A stretch of DNA of 62,375 nt, filler included, from Globobulimina sp. (lineage: Eukaryota), in assembly GCA_003354225.1 (NCBI GenBank). It is 24 parts of 24 records of this genome, joined end to end, with 100 filler letters (N's around TTAATTAATTAA, not from the genome) between each part and the next. Parts side by side here need not be neighbours in the genome. Positions count along the whole stretch, not along the records: positions 33,856 to 36,358 come from PIVH01006295.1; positions 36,459 to 38,961 come from PIVH01006296.1; positions 39,062 to 41,563 come from PIVH01006297.1; positions 41,664 to 44,165 come from PIVH01006298.1; positions 44,266 to 46,767 come from PIVH01006299.1; 19 more parts are not named here. One strand, written 5' to 3'. The position numbers and the translations under genes are program-made. Under the pieces are notes generated by a model. It made no database searches, was not told the DNA's origin, and worked only from the letters and a program-made list of their open reading frames with translations. Positions 35,303-46,867 of the stretch are shown in pieces (the first letter of the stretch is position 1; the number at the start of each line of letters is the position of its first letter).

Positions 35303-36163
35303 ATGAGTAATAAACATAATCAAAGACGAAATAAACGAACATACAAAAACACCATTAAAGTGATAAAATTGGAAGATGCGATAATTGCTGATCAGAAAAC
35401 ATCTGAGCCATTAATTGTATGCTTAAAAATTGATATTGATAAAATTGAAACAAATAATAAAAACTTTGAAAATGAGTTTTTAATCTATAACCCAAAAGTT
35501 GTAGTTGGAGACCCGATTGGGTTTAATATCGAGAATGATGATATTCATGCTATGATGCCAGAAAATATTGATATACATACTGAAGACAAAACTAACCAAA
35601 TGCAATATGTTGTTAGGGATAATGGAAATGATAAAATGATAACAATTAGAGACACTATGGTTGAGTTTAGAAATATTAAAGAGAAGAAGTTTTTTAAAAC
35701 CGATATTTGTTGTTGGCATTGCTGTCACAAGTTTGATAATATGCCAGTTGGCATACCAGAATCATACAAAGACGGATTATTTAGCGTAAAGGGTGTTTTT
35801 TGCGGGTTTAACTGCGCATTAACATATAACTACAATTCTAAATGTTATGAAAATAAAATACAAGAACGCGAGGGTCTATTATATATAATGTAAAAAAAAA
35901 TAAATAAAATTAAGGGTTCAGACTTTGAAATTAAATATGCCCCAGAAAAAGAAACATTAAAAATGTTTGGTGGCAATTTATCAATTTCTTCATTTAGAAA
36001 AAACACCAATACATATTCAATTGCATACCCACCACTATTACCGCTCACACCAAAGCATATCGAAGAACAAAAATACATATGCACGCCTATTCATAAACCA
36101 ACGGTTGATAGGGAAACAATTAATAAGACGCGAATGAGCAAGATGTTTTCATTTAAGAATTAA
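35303..36163 (+). pseudogene. VLTF2: NCLDV late transcription factor VLTF2-like zinc-finger protein with an in-frame TAA at 35891-35893
   Basis: CCWHCCHKFDNMPVGIP...GVFCGFNCALTY; after the TAA the same frame continues KKINKI...IKYAPEKETLKMFGGNLSISSFR, the conserved AP...L..FGG.LSI..FR tail. Confidence 0.75.
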
Positions 36164-36179
36164 AAAAATGCTTTAAATA

Positions 36180-36208
36180 TTTATTATATAATTAAACTAT
36201 ATAATAAA
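36180..36208 (+). terminator. AT-rich hairpin 3' of the VLTF2-like gene
   Basis: TTTATTATATA (36180-36190) / TATATAATAAA (36198-36208): 11-bp perfect stem with a 7-nt loop. Confidence 0.5.
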
Positions 36209-36214
36209 ACAGAT

Positions 36215-36358
36215 ATGGATATTAATAGAAGTGATAGTGATAGTGATAGTGAGTTTGGCCCAATTTCTAATGCCAGTGCATCTGATAACGGTTCCGTACA
36301 AAGCGAAAATTTAGCATACCAGAATAATACGCAAAACCATTATGATAATAAATCAGTT
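36215..36358 (+). CDS. 5' end of a further putative viral ORF
   Basis: ATG-initiated Ser/Asp-rich ORF open to the contig edge. Confidence 0.55.
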
Positions 36359-36725
36359 NNNNNNNNNNNNNNNNNNNNNNNNNNNNNNNNNNNNNNNNNN
36401 NNTTAATTAATTAANNNNNNNNNNNNNNNNNNNNNNNNNNNNNNNNNNNNNNNNNNNNCACACACTAATTTGACCTGGTTTAGTAGTTAGATTTAGTTGT
36501 AGAAACATCACCCCTTCGCTAAACATCATCCCTTCGCCCTTTTAGGACAAAGATCAAAGTCGCCCTTAGAAACAAGAATTGATTTCTTAGTGTTTTGAAG
36601 AAGAAGAAGATACAATAACGTATTAATCCAATTGTGTGCATTTATTTTTCTGTTAAATATTTTCCCCCACAAATAACACAATTAAATCTCAGCTCAAACT
36701 ACAATTAGAAGTTATTTGTCGTAGC

Positions 36726-38961
36726 ATGTCGTCAATAAATATTTTATTAATCAGCTTATTTTTATCGTTATCTACAATCACCACATCACAGAATTTAACC
36801 CAATCGATTGCATTTCTAGCGGATGAACTAAAATCATTATTTTGTAACGATTTGTCTGTTGGTGATTATAAATGCGGTGATGGCAGCTATGGAATCCAAG
36901 ACTTTGTAAATTCATTTAGTGACAACTTCGAAAGTGAGGTTCTTGATATTACGGAAATCACGCAAGCCATTATTGACAATTTGAACAATGAGTTGAATGT
37001 AAGAGCCACCTTCCTGACCACCCTCGCGTACGAACTGGAAGAATCGTGCCTGGCCTATGGTTATGGTGATTTATCCAGCGAAGCAATTCCAGACTTTCAA
37101 TATTTAAAATTTTCTGGCAATGCGGATCGTGCTGCAAATTTGCCAAACGACGTTGCGTACAGTTCAGTTTATGGCAACTCGGTGTCTCTCGGATATACCA
37201 CCTATAAAATACCAAATAACGTCGATTATCAATCTGATAACATCCAAAAAGATGCACAAGTTTGTCAATTTCAAATAACATATTTTTTGTTTTCACCGGA
37301 ATAATTTATATAAACCACATTGTGACAATAATTATTTTGATGAAAACAAAAAACAAACGTTAATTTAAAATTAGATTTCATATCTATTAGAAAGTACTAT
37401 GCTCGATTTACATGACAAACATTGTGTTGATAGCAATGGGAATGAGGAATATTGTGCCATGTACTTCGGGACAGTGAATGGTGTTTTTAGGCAATATCCA
37501 GGCACAGAGAGTACTAAACAAAACAACATTTACTCGAGTTATGACCCACGGTTCCGTCCATGGTATGTTTCAGCTGCCTCCGGGATGAAAGATGTTGTGA
37601 TATTAATCGACAGATCCGGTTCAATGCTGGAACACGAACGAATGGCACTCGCTCAACAGGCGGTTATTTCTGTGTTAACCACTTTGGGTCAATCATCATT
37701 TGTATCTGTTGTCGCATTCAATGATGACGCCACTCTCTCTTGCTTTGGTATTTGCATATTTGTATTTGTAATATTAAATATTACACAAACAACAAAAAGG
37801 AGAGGAACTGGTTGCAGCAACATCAAAAAATGTGGCTGAATTAGTTTCCTTTGTTGAAGGGTTGAGTGCTAAGAGAGGAACAAACTTCGAGGCTGCATTT
37901 AATGCGGCATTTGATATTTTAGAAAACGGAGCGAAAAGCTGTCAAACCTCTATTCTATTTTTAACCGATGGTCAGGCCGATGATGTGTCGGAATTGATTG
38001 AACGTAGAAACACCGATGATATAAATGCTGTAATTTTTTCATACACATTGGGCTCTGACGCAGACACAACAGTCCCTCGCAAAGTGGCTACTTTAACCAA
38101 CGGTATCTACAAACACATTGACGACGATGATTCAAATTTAATTACGGCAATGAGTTCTTATTATTTATACTATGCGTATGGAGCACGTGGTGATGCGTCT
38201 GATAATATTATCGTAACCTCACCATATTTGGACTTCGATACCGGCATTGCAATGATTACGATGGCCATGGCGGTATACGTGAACGTGACCTATTTTGTCG
38301 GCGTGGTTGGCATAGATATCCCGTTATCATTTTTATCCGACGCCATTGGGGACATTACAATTGGTCGGAAATCCTATTCCTTTGTTGTTAACCAAGAGTC
38401 GGAAGCCATTTTACATCCATTAATTGCCGATCCGTTAACTACATTATTCACAACAGGCGATACATACAATGCGGTGTATATTGATGATTTAGAACCGGCA
38501 GAGTTCAATACGACACTAGTAACCATGCGTAAAAGTGGTATGGTCAAAATCACCGCCAATGTGAAACAAGCTGCGGGCAATGTAGCATATAATGGGTATA
38601 TCTATGAAACAGTAGAACTGTTATACATTTATGCCGGTGTTGGGCCCTCTTCCTTATCCATTGGAATAGTGATATACACAGAAAGTGGCATTGCTGCACC
38701 ATATATTAAAGGGTTTGGCTTCTTTGGATCGCTGATTGCCAATGATGAGTGTACCAATGACACATTGCCATTCCAATGCATTGCGCCATTCAATTTACTG
38801 GATGATATCGAGAGAGTCGCCGAGTGTGACAGTTCATGGATGGAGCAAGCCGGCATTGTCTCAGATGGTAACGGCTTGCATGTATCCTATAAATATCCAG
38901 CATGGTTTTTGCACGCCGGTGGTTGGAGCGATTCGATCAATTTTTTAAATATTGAGGCAAC
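36726..38961 (+). CDS. Secreted VWA + Cache domain protein (alpha2delta / CACHD1-like), 3'-partial
   Basis: Signal peptide; MYFGTVNGVFRQYP; YDPRFRPWYVSAASGMKDVVILIDRSGSM (MIDAS); ILFLTDG; TSPYLD; GVVGIDI. Introns 37260-37374 and 37748-37799. Confidence 0.9.
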
Positions 38962-39239
38962 NNNNNNNNNNNNNNNNNNNNNNNNNNNNNNNNNNNNNNN
39001 NNNNNTTAATTAATTAANNNNNNNNNNNNNNNNNNNNNNNNNNNNNNNNNNNNNNNNNNNNCTCGGACAGTTAAGAAAAGTAACGTTTTGCATATCAATA
39101 GCAGGAAATTTAAGCTATTTCTACAATATCTCCGATGAAATATCACATTCGATTCGAATGCATAAGTTTTTCATGAACAAAGTTTATAAATGGCAACAAT
39201 TCACTGGATTGAACACAAAGTTGTGAGTATATCTATTTG

Positions 39240-40063
39240 TTATGGATCTTGTGCAATATATTGATTCTTCTTTGGTACATACTCCCTATATCGCTGTGGG
39301 AATGCAAACGTTGATAATGGTTTAACATCTCCTCGATCCAACCATGGTTTATTTTGCTTCACATATTTATACAATTGCTGTGGAGTCATAATCTCTATAT
39401 CTTCCTCTTCAAACCAATCCGGATGTGACTCTAAGAAATCATTCCTTCTTTTTATCCAATCTTTATATATTCCAATGTCTTTCCACCAAGCCCTCGAATA
39501 CCAATTTGGTCTCCGTAATTCCATTGGTGTCTGAGCCACCAAATTCATATTGCCCGCTCTCCGAATGCATCCAATAAATGGCAACTCGACGCGGCGGCAC
39601 TTATCAAATTTCCTCTCCTCTCTCTCCAAACATTTGCCATACGCAAATAACGCCTCTTCACAGCCTGCCTCTTTGATTTGTAATTGTCTGTTTACGATTT
39701 GTTTATATTTATATATTGTTAATGCGGTCGGTCGCAAATTCGCAATCTTAACTGTTTCCAATGAGCGCGTCTTAATGATTCGCCAACTTCTAAACAGGAA
39801 GAATAACTGTTGACACCTTTTTGTCTCCTACATTTATACCAATCATCGGTGGCATTTTCAAGGTCAACCGTCCATGCTTTGGAGCGTGCCATATCAAGAT
39901 CCATTTCTGGGAATTCAGCTAAATCATCTCTCAAATGATCGACATAATCCCAACCCCAGTATTTATCAATGAGACCACCTTTAGGCGTGAATCCTTGATA
40001 TATATAACCGCCAAAACCTTGTGTACGTTGGGCGGTTGTATCACGGTGTGAGTCATGTGCCAT
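39240..40063 (-). CDS. Mitochondrial complex I subunit NDUFA8-like (CX9C) protein
   Basis: Intron 39688-39752 joins two ORFs to give YKCRRQKG...SCLEVG...IKEAGCEEALFAYGKCLE...FDKCRRVELPFIGCI. Confidence 0.65.
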
Positions 40064-40313
40064 TATTGTTTAATTCACTCAAGTAACCACAGGTTTTCTG
40101 TTGTTTTCTATTATAATTAAAAATTAAAATTAAAAAAACACACAACAACATATCAACTCCAACAGTATAGATGATTATCTTATATTGTATAATCATAATG
40201 TTGTTTTTAAAACACTACCAATGTACCGACGTACGATCGATAGGATTTGGTGACTGATATTGAGATTGTTGAACGTTAACAAATTGATCCAAATGTATTG
40301 TTAAATGTTAATA

Positions 40314-41471
40314 TTATTCCATTTCCATAACAACTTGTCTTGGTGCAATAGGACAAATATCACTGGATCCACCACATTTCCATCCAGATTCTGCATCATA
40401 AACAACTAAACACACAAAGCAAAAATACGTACTACATCTACAAAGCATATGTTTACAAGCCATGGTATGATTGATTGCTGCTTTGCAATTTGGACAACAT
40501 CGAATTGACGGCACATTTGCAACACATCCAATTGTCTTTACATCACAAGTTAATAATATACCCGATATTGAATCGCGTTGAGCAGAATAAGATTGATCAC
40601 AATTTAATCCTTCATGCCATGGCGATGTACAATGAATACACCAACTTTCATTACACGCAAAGCATTCTAATTTACCATTACTGCCAATTCTATCTAATGG
40701 TATTTCATTAAAACATGTTGCTGTTAAACACATTTGATTGCCATAGTAATGCGCAGATAAATTACTTAATAATTTTTTTAAATACATTTTAGAATATTCC
40801 TCTTTGGATAATACACATTGTATATCGTGATATTGACTCAATAATAATGAACATTTAAACTCAGGACATTGTATTTTATGCTTATTTGGCGCAAATTTAA
40901 TATAAATTCTCATGCAGGTTTTACATAATTTGTGTCCGCATTTATGTGTTGTTAATATGTTTTCTTTTTGTTCTAAACAAACTTGACATTTCCCACTGGA
41001 CAAAGCAATCTTTGTTAACCCATTGAAAGGCGCTGATGATAATATTTGTGGTTTAATTGGATGCCATAATTTCGAATTCTTTTTTGGAGCTTGGATGTGC
41101 TTAGAAACAGGTTTATAAACTGTAGTTTTATATTTTTTACAGATTCGTTTTGCTGTTAAAATATTGATGGATGGAATATCAGCGGTTTTATTGGTAAAGG
41201 CGGAAAGTTGAAAGGCTGATGACGGTCTAACACCATTTTTATCCATATATTGCGTCCATATCAAGTATTCATCAATTTTTTCATCCTCGTTTGCTAATGA
41301 TATTGATGGTGAATAACTAGGTGTGATTTTAATTGGTGTTGTTTTTTGTTTTGTGGACCATGTTGCGGCAAATTTGGATTTTATCTTCTGATATTTCACT
41401 ATTTGTGGTGGATTGTTATCCATTTTTGATGCATTTTGAAAAAACGCTAATTTTGAACTGAACGAAGTCAT
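40314..41471 (-). CDS. RBR (RING1-IBR-RING2) E3 ubiquitin ligase
   Basis: CQVC...CGHKLCKTC...CPEFKC; CFACNESWCIHCTSPWHEGLNC; CPNC...ACKHMLCRCSTYFCFVC. Confidence 0.9.
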   Translation of the reverse strand: MTSFSSKLAFFQNASKMDNNPPQIVKYQKIKSKFAATWSTKQKTTPIKITPSYSPSISLANEDEKIDEYLIWTQYMDKNGVRPSSAFQLSAFTNKTADIPSINILTAKRICKKYKTTVYKPVSKHIQAPKKNSKLWHPIKPQILSSAPFNGLTKIALSSGKCQVCLEQKENILTTHKCGHKLCKTCMRIYIKFAPNKHKIQCPEFKCSLLLSQYHDIQCVLSKEEYSKMYLKKLLSNLSAHYYGNQMCLTATCFNEIPLDRIGSNGKLECFACNESWCIHCTSPWHEGLNCDQSYSAQRDSISGILLTCDVKTIGCVANVPSIRCCPNCKAAINHTMACKHMLCRCSTYFCFVCLVVYDAESGWKCGGSSDICPIAPRQVVMEME

Positions 41472-41728
41472 GGTAATGTTGAAGAAATTTAGTATTGTTT
41501 ATGAAAATTATGTATATTTTTGATTCTAAAATTACAACGCATCACACAATCAACACACAAATANNNNNNNNNNNNNNNNNNNNNNNNNNNNNNNNNNNNN
41601 NNNNNNNTTAATTAATTAANNNNNNNNNNNNNNNNNNNNNNNNNNNNNNNNNNNNNNNNNNNNATGAAGAAGAGGCAAATGAAATGATACAATCAAAAAT
41701 AAAAATAAATATAATATATACTTGCTAG

Positions 41729-43872
41729 CTACAAATCAATTTGCACACTGTCACCTAAATTATGAATCCTTTTTGTCTCATTATTATTATTATTATTTGG
41801 TTGTAATTGCAAATGATTGGATTGATCGGCATCCATTGACAAAGAGGCGCTGGTTAACAATGGTAATATTTGTCTGCGTGACACATTCTTGTCACTTTCA
41901 TTTTTATTTTTGTGCTCATTTTCATTTTCTTCATCATTATCACTGGATATCCTCTTATTTGATACATTCATTTGTTGCATAACAGCAATTTGGTCGTCGT
42001 AATAAGTCGACTCTGAGATGTTATTATGTAACGACAATATATTCTCATTATACTCGCGATTTCGTTCATTTTCCTTGTGCTGATTCTCATTCTTCTTCTT
42101 ATTATATTTATCAATCAACTGTTTCAACTTCGGTTTAATTAATCTGTCCCAATGATACTTATCTTCATTTAAATAATTATCATACAAATCGCTCAACGAT
42201 CGCAACTTTTCTTTGGTTTTGTTCAACTTATTCAAGTCCAGCGAACAAATACTAATCAAAGCTTCATTCTCCTTCTTCTTATCAATCAATTCCTGCTTAA
42301 ACAGCGAGAGCTCATTCTTGATGTCCTCGAAACTGGGGCGAAATTCTGCGATTTCCTGCCAACAGCGCTGCATTAAGATCTTTAAAGGCCGAGGAAACCA
42401 CTCCAGCACAAAGGGCCGCGTCTGTTTACTGATCACTTCGACCGCCAAACTCAACACTTTGGTGCATGGATACGGCGGCATTCCGCACAATATCTCCCAC
42501 ATAACCACCCCGAAGGAATACACATCGGTGGAGCTGTTGTAAATTTGCTGCTTGATCGATTCGGGAGACATCCACTTCAATGGTCCAACATGGCTGTTTG
42601 TGAAATTTTTCTCGTCGGGGTTCTGCGTAATGCGCGACAGCCCGAAATCGCACACAATCACGCGACGACTACAACGGCTCTCCTCATAGATCACGTCATT
42701 GATCTGCCGGTCCGAGATGTTGTCGATCAGCAAGTTCCGCGCGGCCGCGTCGCGATGGATTATATTCACAGTATGCAAATGCGAGATGCCCGCCGCGGTG
42801 TCAATGAGCATTTGGACACAATCCCCCATGGTCATGCCGGCCCGAATCGACTTTTCGTGCGTCACAGACACACTTATTTCCACACTGCCGCCGTTCACGT
42901 ATTCTGTCACCAGCGCATAGGGCGAGATGCAAAAGCCGTAAATCTGCAGCACATTGTCGTGCGGCGGTAAATGCGCAGCCACCGCTAATGTAGAGATTGG
43001 GCGTTTGTGTGGGTGCAAGGATGCGGTATATAGAGATTATGGAGGGGCGACATACATATTTCTTTAAGGAAATCTTCAAAGACTTCCTGGTCCACTTCGT
43101 CCTGTTTGAACCATTTGACCGCCACCGTTTTCTGCTGCTTTGTATTGGAATCGGTCCACATGGCTCGGAAGACTTTGCCAAATTTGCCGCGACCCACTTC
43201 GTACTCGAACGAGATGTGATGACTGTCGATTAGCTGCAACTTATTGCGCGCATTGCGCACAATTGCATGCAAGCGATGTTTTTGAGAGATCAATTTGCGA
43301 TGTTGTTCCTGATGGTATTTATTTATGTGCAATGAGCGCGTGATTGGGGACGGCGGCGGGTTGCCGCTCGAAGTGGTCACACTCGCTCCGTTTAGCGCGT
43401 GGTTGATGTGCATGTGGTTGACGTTGCTGTTATTGCCAGATTCGCTCGCTTGGGAACCCGGCGCATAGTTTTCGGGATGAACTAGGAAATTGGCATCGAA
43501 CTTGCTATCGTCCCATTTGGGGATTCCATTTGCATTCACAAAGTCTGACGAATTGGTAGTGTCTTCTTGGGAATATTGGGTAGGACCATTGCCGTCGTCG
43601 TTGTCATGGAGGGCATGGTTATTGTTGCTCGGGTTTGGATTGTCGAGATTGTGCATATTGCTGCTGGTATTTTGCTGGGTATGGTGCGCGTTGCGATTTA
43701 AGTCATGAGTTCCATTCTTGTTTAAGGGCTGTTGTTCCTTTTTTTGTTGACGAATTAATCGTTTATTCTTTTTCCAAAAGTAATATAAACAACAACACGT
43801 TATTACAATTATACAAATAAAAACTCCGCCTATTGCTGATCCGATTATGATCAAAGTATTAATGCTTCCCAT
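41729..43872 (-). CDS. Single-pass membrane protein kinase with tyrosine-kinase-type signatures
   Basis: N-terminal TM; GRGKFG; VAVK; HRDAAARN; DFG; GPLKWMSPES; DVYSFG. Phase-1 intron 42985-43055 joins the ORFs. Confidence 0.9.
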
Positions 43873-44265
43873 TCTCTGTTTTGACAGAGTTGAAGTTTTT
43901 GGTGATATTAGTTTTTGGTAAAATCATAGTTTTCTGATCATTGCGCAAGGATGAATTGCGTCAAATAATAGTGTAAATTTATGTAATTTAATACGCACTT
44001 CAATGGAATGGGGAAATTGAATAAAATTATGTTTTTTTTTTTAGTACAGAAACGAGTCACACGACGGACAAAAAAACAACAATAAAACAATATTATTGCA
44101 TATCAGAAATAAGAGAAATTCACAAAAAATATACAAAATTTCTAGGGAGAAAAAAAAAGCAAAAGNNNNNNNNNNNNNNNNNNNNNNNNNNNNNNNNNNN
44201 NNNNNNNNNTTAATTAATTAANNNNNNNNNNNNNNNNNNNNNNNNNNNNNNNNNNNNNNNNNNNN

Positions 44266-45742
44266 ATATCAAAGAGTCTGACATTTGGGTTGGATTACAA
44301 TTGGCAGAACAACCAAATATAAACAAGCTAGCTTTAATGTTAATTTCCAAACTCTCTCCAGATCGATACAAACGTACATATGCCATGTAAATAAATACAG
44401 GAAACCTCATAGCAAACACAAAAAATTAAAATCCATATCTTACGAATGTTTGAATGCAATATCGTTTCTTGATTATTTCACTGCGAGTTATGGAATATTA
44501 ATACCACGAAAATATGTACATAAAAAAATCAATGCGCATCAAATATTAACTAAATTAACTCAGTTATTCCACACTTTAAAAAGAACACAAAAACGCAACC
44601 TCACTTTGACTAAAAAAGTCAAGCAATTACAATCTGAAATGCAAACAATAAAAAAAGTGAAAAAAACCTCCCAAAAATCATTAGAATCTATCATTTATGA
44701 TCAAAATGGGAATTCTTACCATCATCACCAAAAAATCACACATACCACCACGCATTCATACAAATCCTTTAATAAAAAAAGCGAATCAAAACAAGAGAAA
44801 CCTGATCATCCATCAAAGCATATACATATAGAGGAGGAAGACAATGATAATGACAATGACAATGATTCCACCATAATATCATTACCAACAAAGGCCAGCA
44901 TTGCCAAAAGCAACGATTCCACCGATTCGCGAGACGATGATCCTGATAATGACAACAACAACGACCACGCATCAGACAAAGCAGTTGATGGCGTCAAAGA
45001 TAATCACAGCGACAGAAATATGTCAGACTGTGATGACGATAATGTCATTGTGGACGAGCCGCCATCTTCCACTACAAAGCCACAGCCAACATTAATAACT
45101 CACGCATTTGACCCTGGTCTGCCATTTATATCCTTGCACTCAAAAAAAACCACTTTTTATAACGATATTGATATAGAAAAGGATGTGATCAATGAAGAGG
45201 ATGAAGAGGATTACAATTTGAGTCACGATGTGAATGGTAATCGATTATCGCACGGACGGAGATATTCTGCGCCTTGGGACAATAAGAAATTGTCCACCTC
45301 AGAGTTTGGCACTGATTACGAAAAAATGTACGATCCGTATTGGAAGAATAGCGGCAGCAGAAATGTGATGGTTGACAGTCATATACATAATGATAACGAC
45401 GACGATGATGATGCGCTGTATGATGCTAATAATGACAGTAAACATCATAGGAATGAAAGCAGCACAGAAATAAATATGCTGCCAATGATAAAAGAGGACC
45501 CGACGACGAATAGGATTTACAGACTTTCGCGAGTTCAACAAAACCAGCAAAGTATGAGAGAGGGACATAAAAGATCGATGTCTATGAATATTGTAAAGTT
45601 ATGTTTTATTTCTATTTGTATTAATTCAATGTTTTCGCGTATACAAATGGTACAAAATATAAATATTATATATGTGTACTGTAGATTGCCCAGATATTTT
45701 TTTGAAATCGATAATGAGTTTCCAGATTTACCTGATTTATAA
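44266..45742 (+). CDS. Hypothetical coiled-coil + acidic low-complexity protein (exon boundaries uncertain)
   Basis: 485-codon ORF with a coiled coil (LTKKVKQLQSEMQTIKK) and an Asp/Asn-rich region. Confidence 0.6.
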
Positions 45743-46867
45743 TAATAATTTTATATTGTTCCTCTATGTTAATATCAATCAAAATGCCCTCAGAACAGTA
45801 TTGGATATCTAATCTGTGCGTTTTTATTGATATTTGACTGTTTAATTTATTAACTTATATATATTTCGATGAAAACCAGCTGAAATTATATCTTTTTGTC
45901 CGCACAGGATTGGAAAGTCCGAATATCTGTTAAATAACAGCGTACTTTTGAGTCCTGTGCGGAGAAAAAGATTTATTTAATTAAGCTGGTTTTATCTTAG
46001 TTTCTCGTAAATTCGTTTCTCATTTTTTTATCACTATCGTATTTCTATTGGTTTGTGTTTGTTTGGCCTTTACATTTCGTTTTTTTGTTCCATTCATTTT
46101 TTTTAAATGCTTTCTTGGAGTATTTTATGTTTATTTTATTTATTATTAATAATTTTTGCTATCCCTTCCTTGTTTTTTTTAAGAATATTTTAAGAATAAT
46201 TTTTTTGATTGTTTTTTATACATTTTGTTTGGTACAAATCCAAGTTTATACTGTATGCCGTTCATGTTTTTCTCATTGATTGCACGTAATTAATTATATA
46301 TTTTTTTGTCGTGTACAAGTGTACAATTTTAATTCTTATACGCCACCTTTTTTTATGTCGCAATTTTTCATTATACTTTTTTTTTTATTGTACGCTTTTT
46401 TTTTGTTTTATGATATTGATTAAATTGTTGCATCGAAAGTATTATACGATATAATTTCAACGATGAGTTCCTTCCCATTTCATATTCAAGCATTTAACTG
46501 AATGGTTATCTAACTTTAAGAAAATCTTAGAATCAGGGTTCTCATAGAAGAATTTGAGTGTTTTTATTTATTCTAAAGCAGCTGATAAAAAAAAACAAAA
46601 TTCAAATGTCACTTTTTTTTTCATCTTCATTTAAATTTTACAAATTATTATTCGTGTTTCATTCCATCCAGGATACATTTCAAGAATTTCTTCATCTGTA
46701 TCAAAATAATTTGAATTAAATAATAAGGGTTTCTTAATATATTTTGGCGGATTGGCATCACGAACATNNNNNNNNNNNNNNNNNNNNNNNNNNNNNNNNN
46801 NNNNNNNNNNNTTAATTAATTAANNNNNNNNNNNNNNNNNNNNNNNNNNNNNNNNNNNNNNNNNNNN

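Noticed and set aside
34350-35450. Mimivirus early promoter AAAATTGA matches
   Set aside because: The occurrences are inside coding sequence, not upstream of starts.
36503-36540. Two-copy 18-bp tandem (AAACATCAYCCCTTCGCY)
   Set aside because: Too short to assign a function; only two copies.
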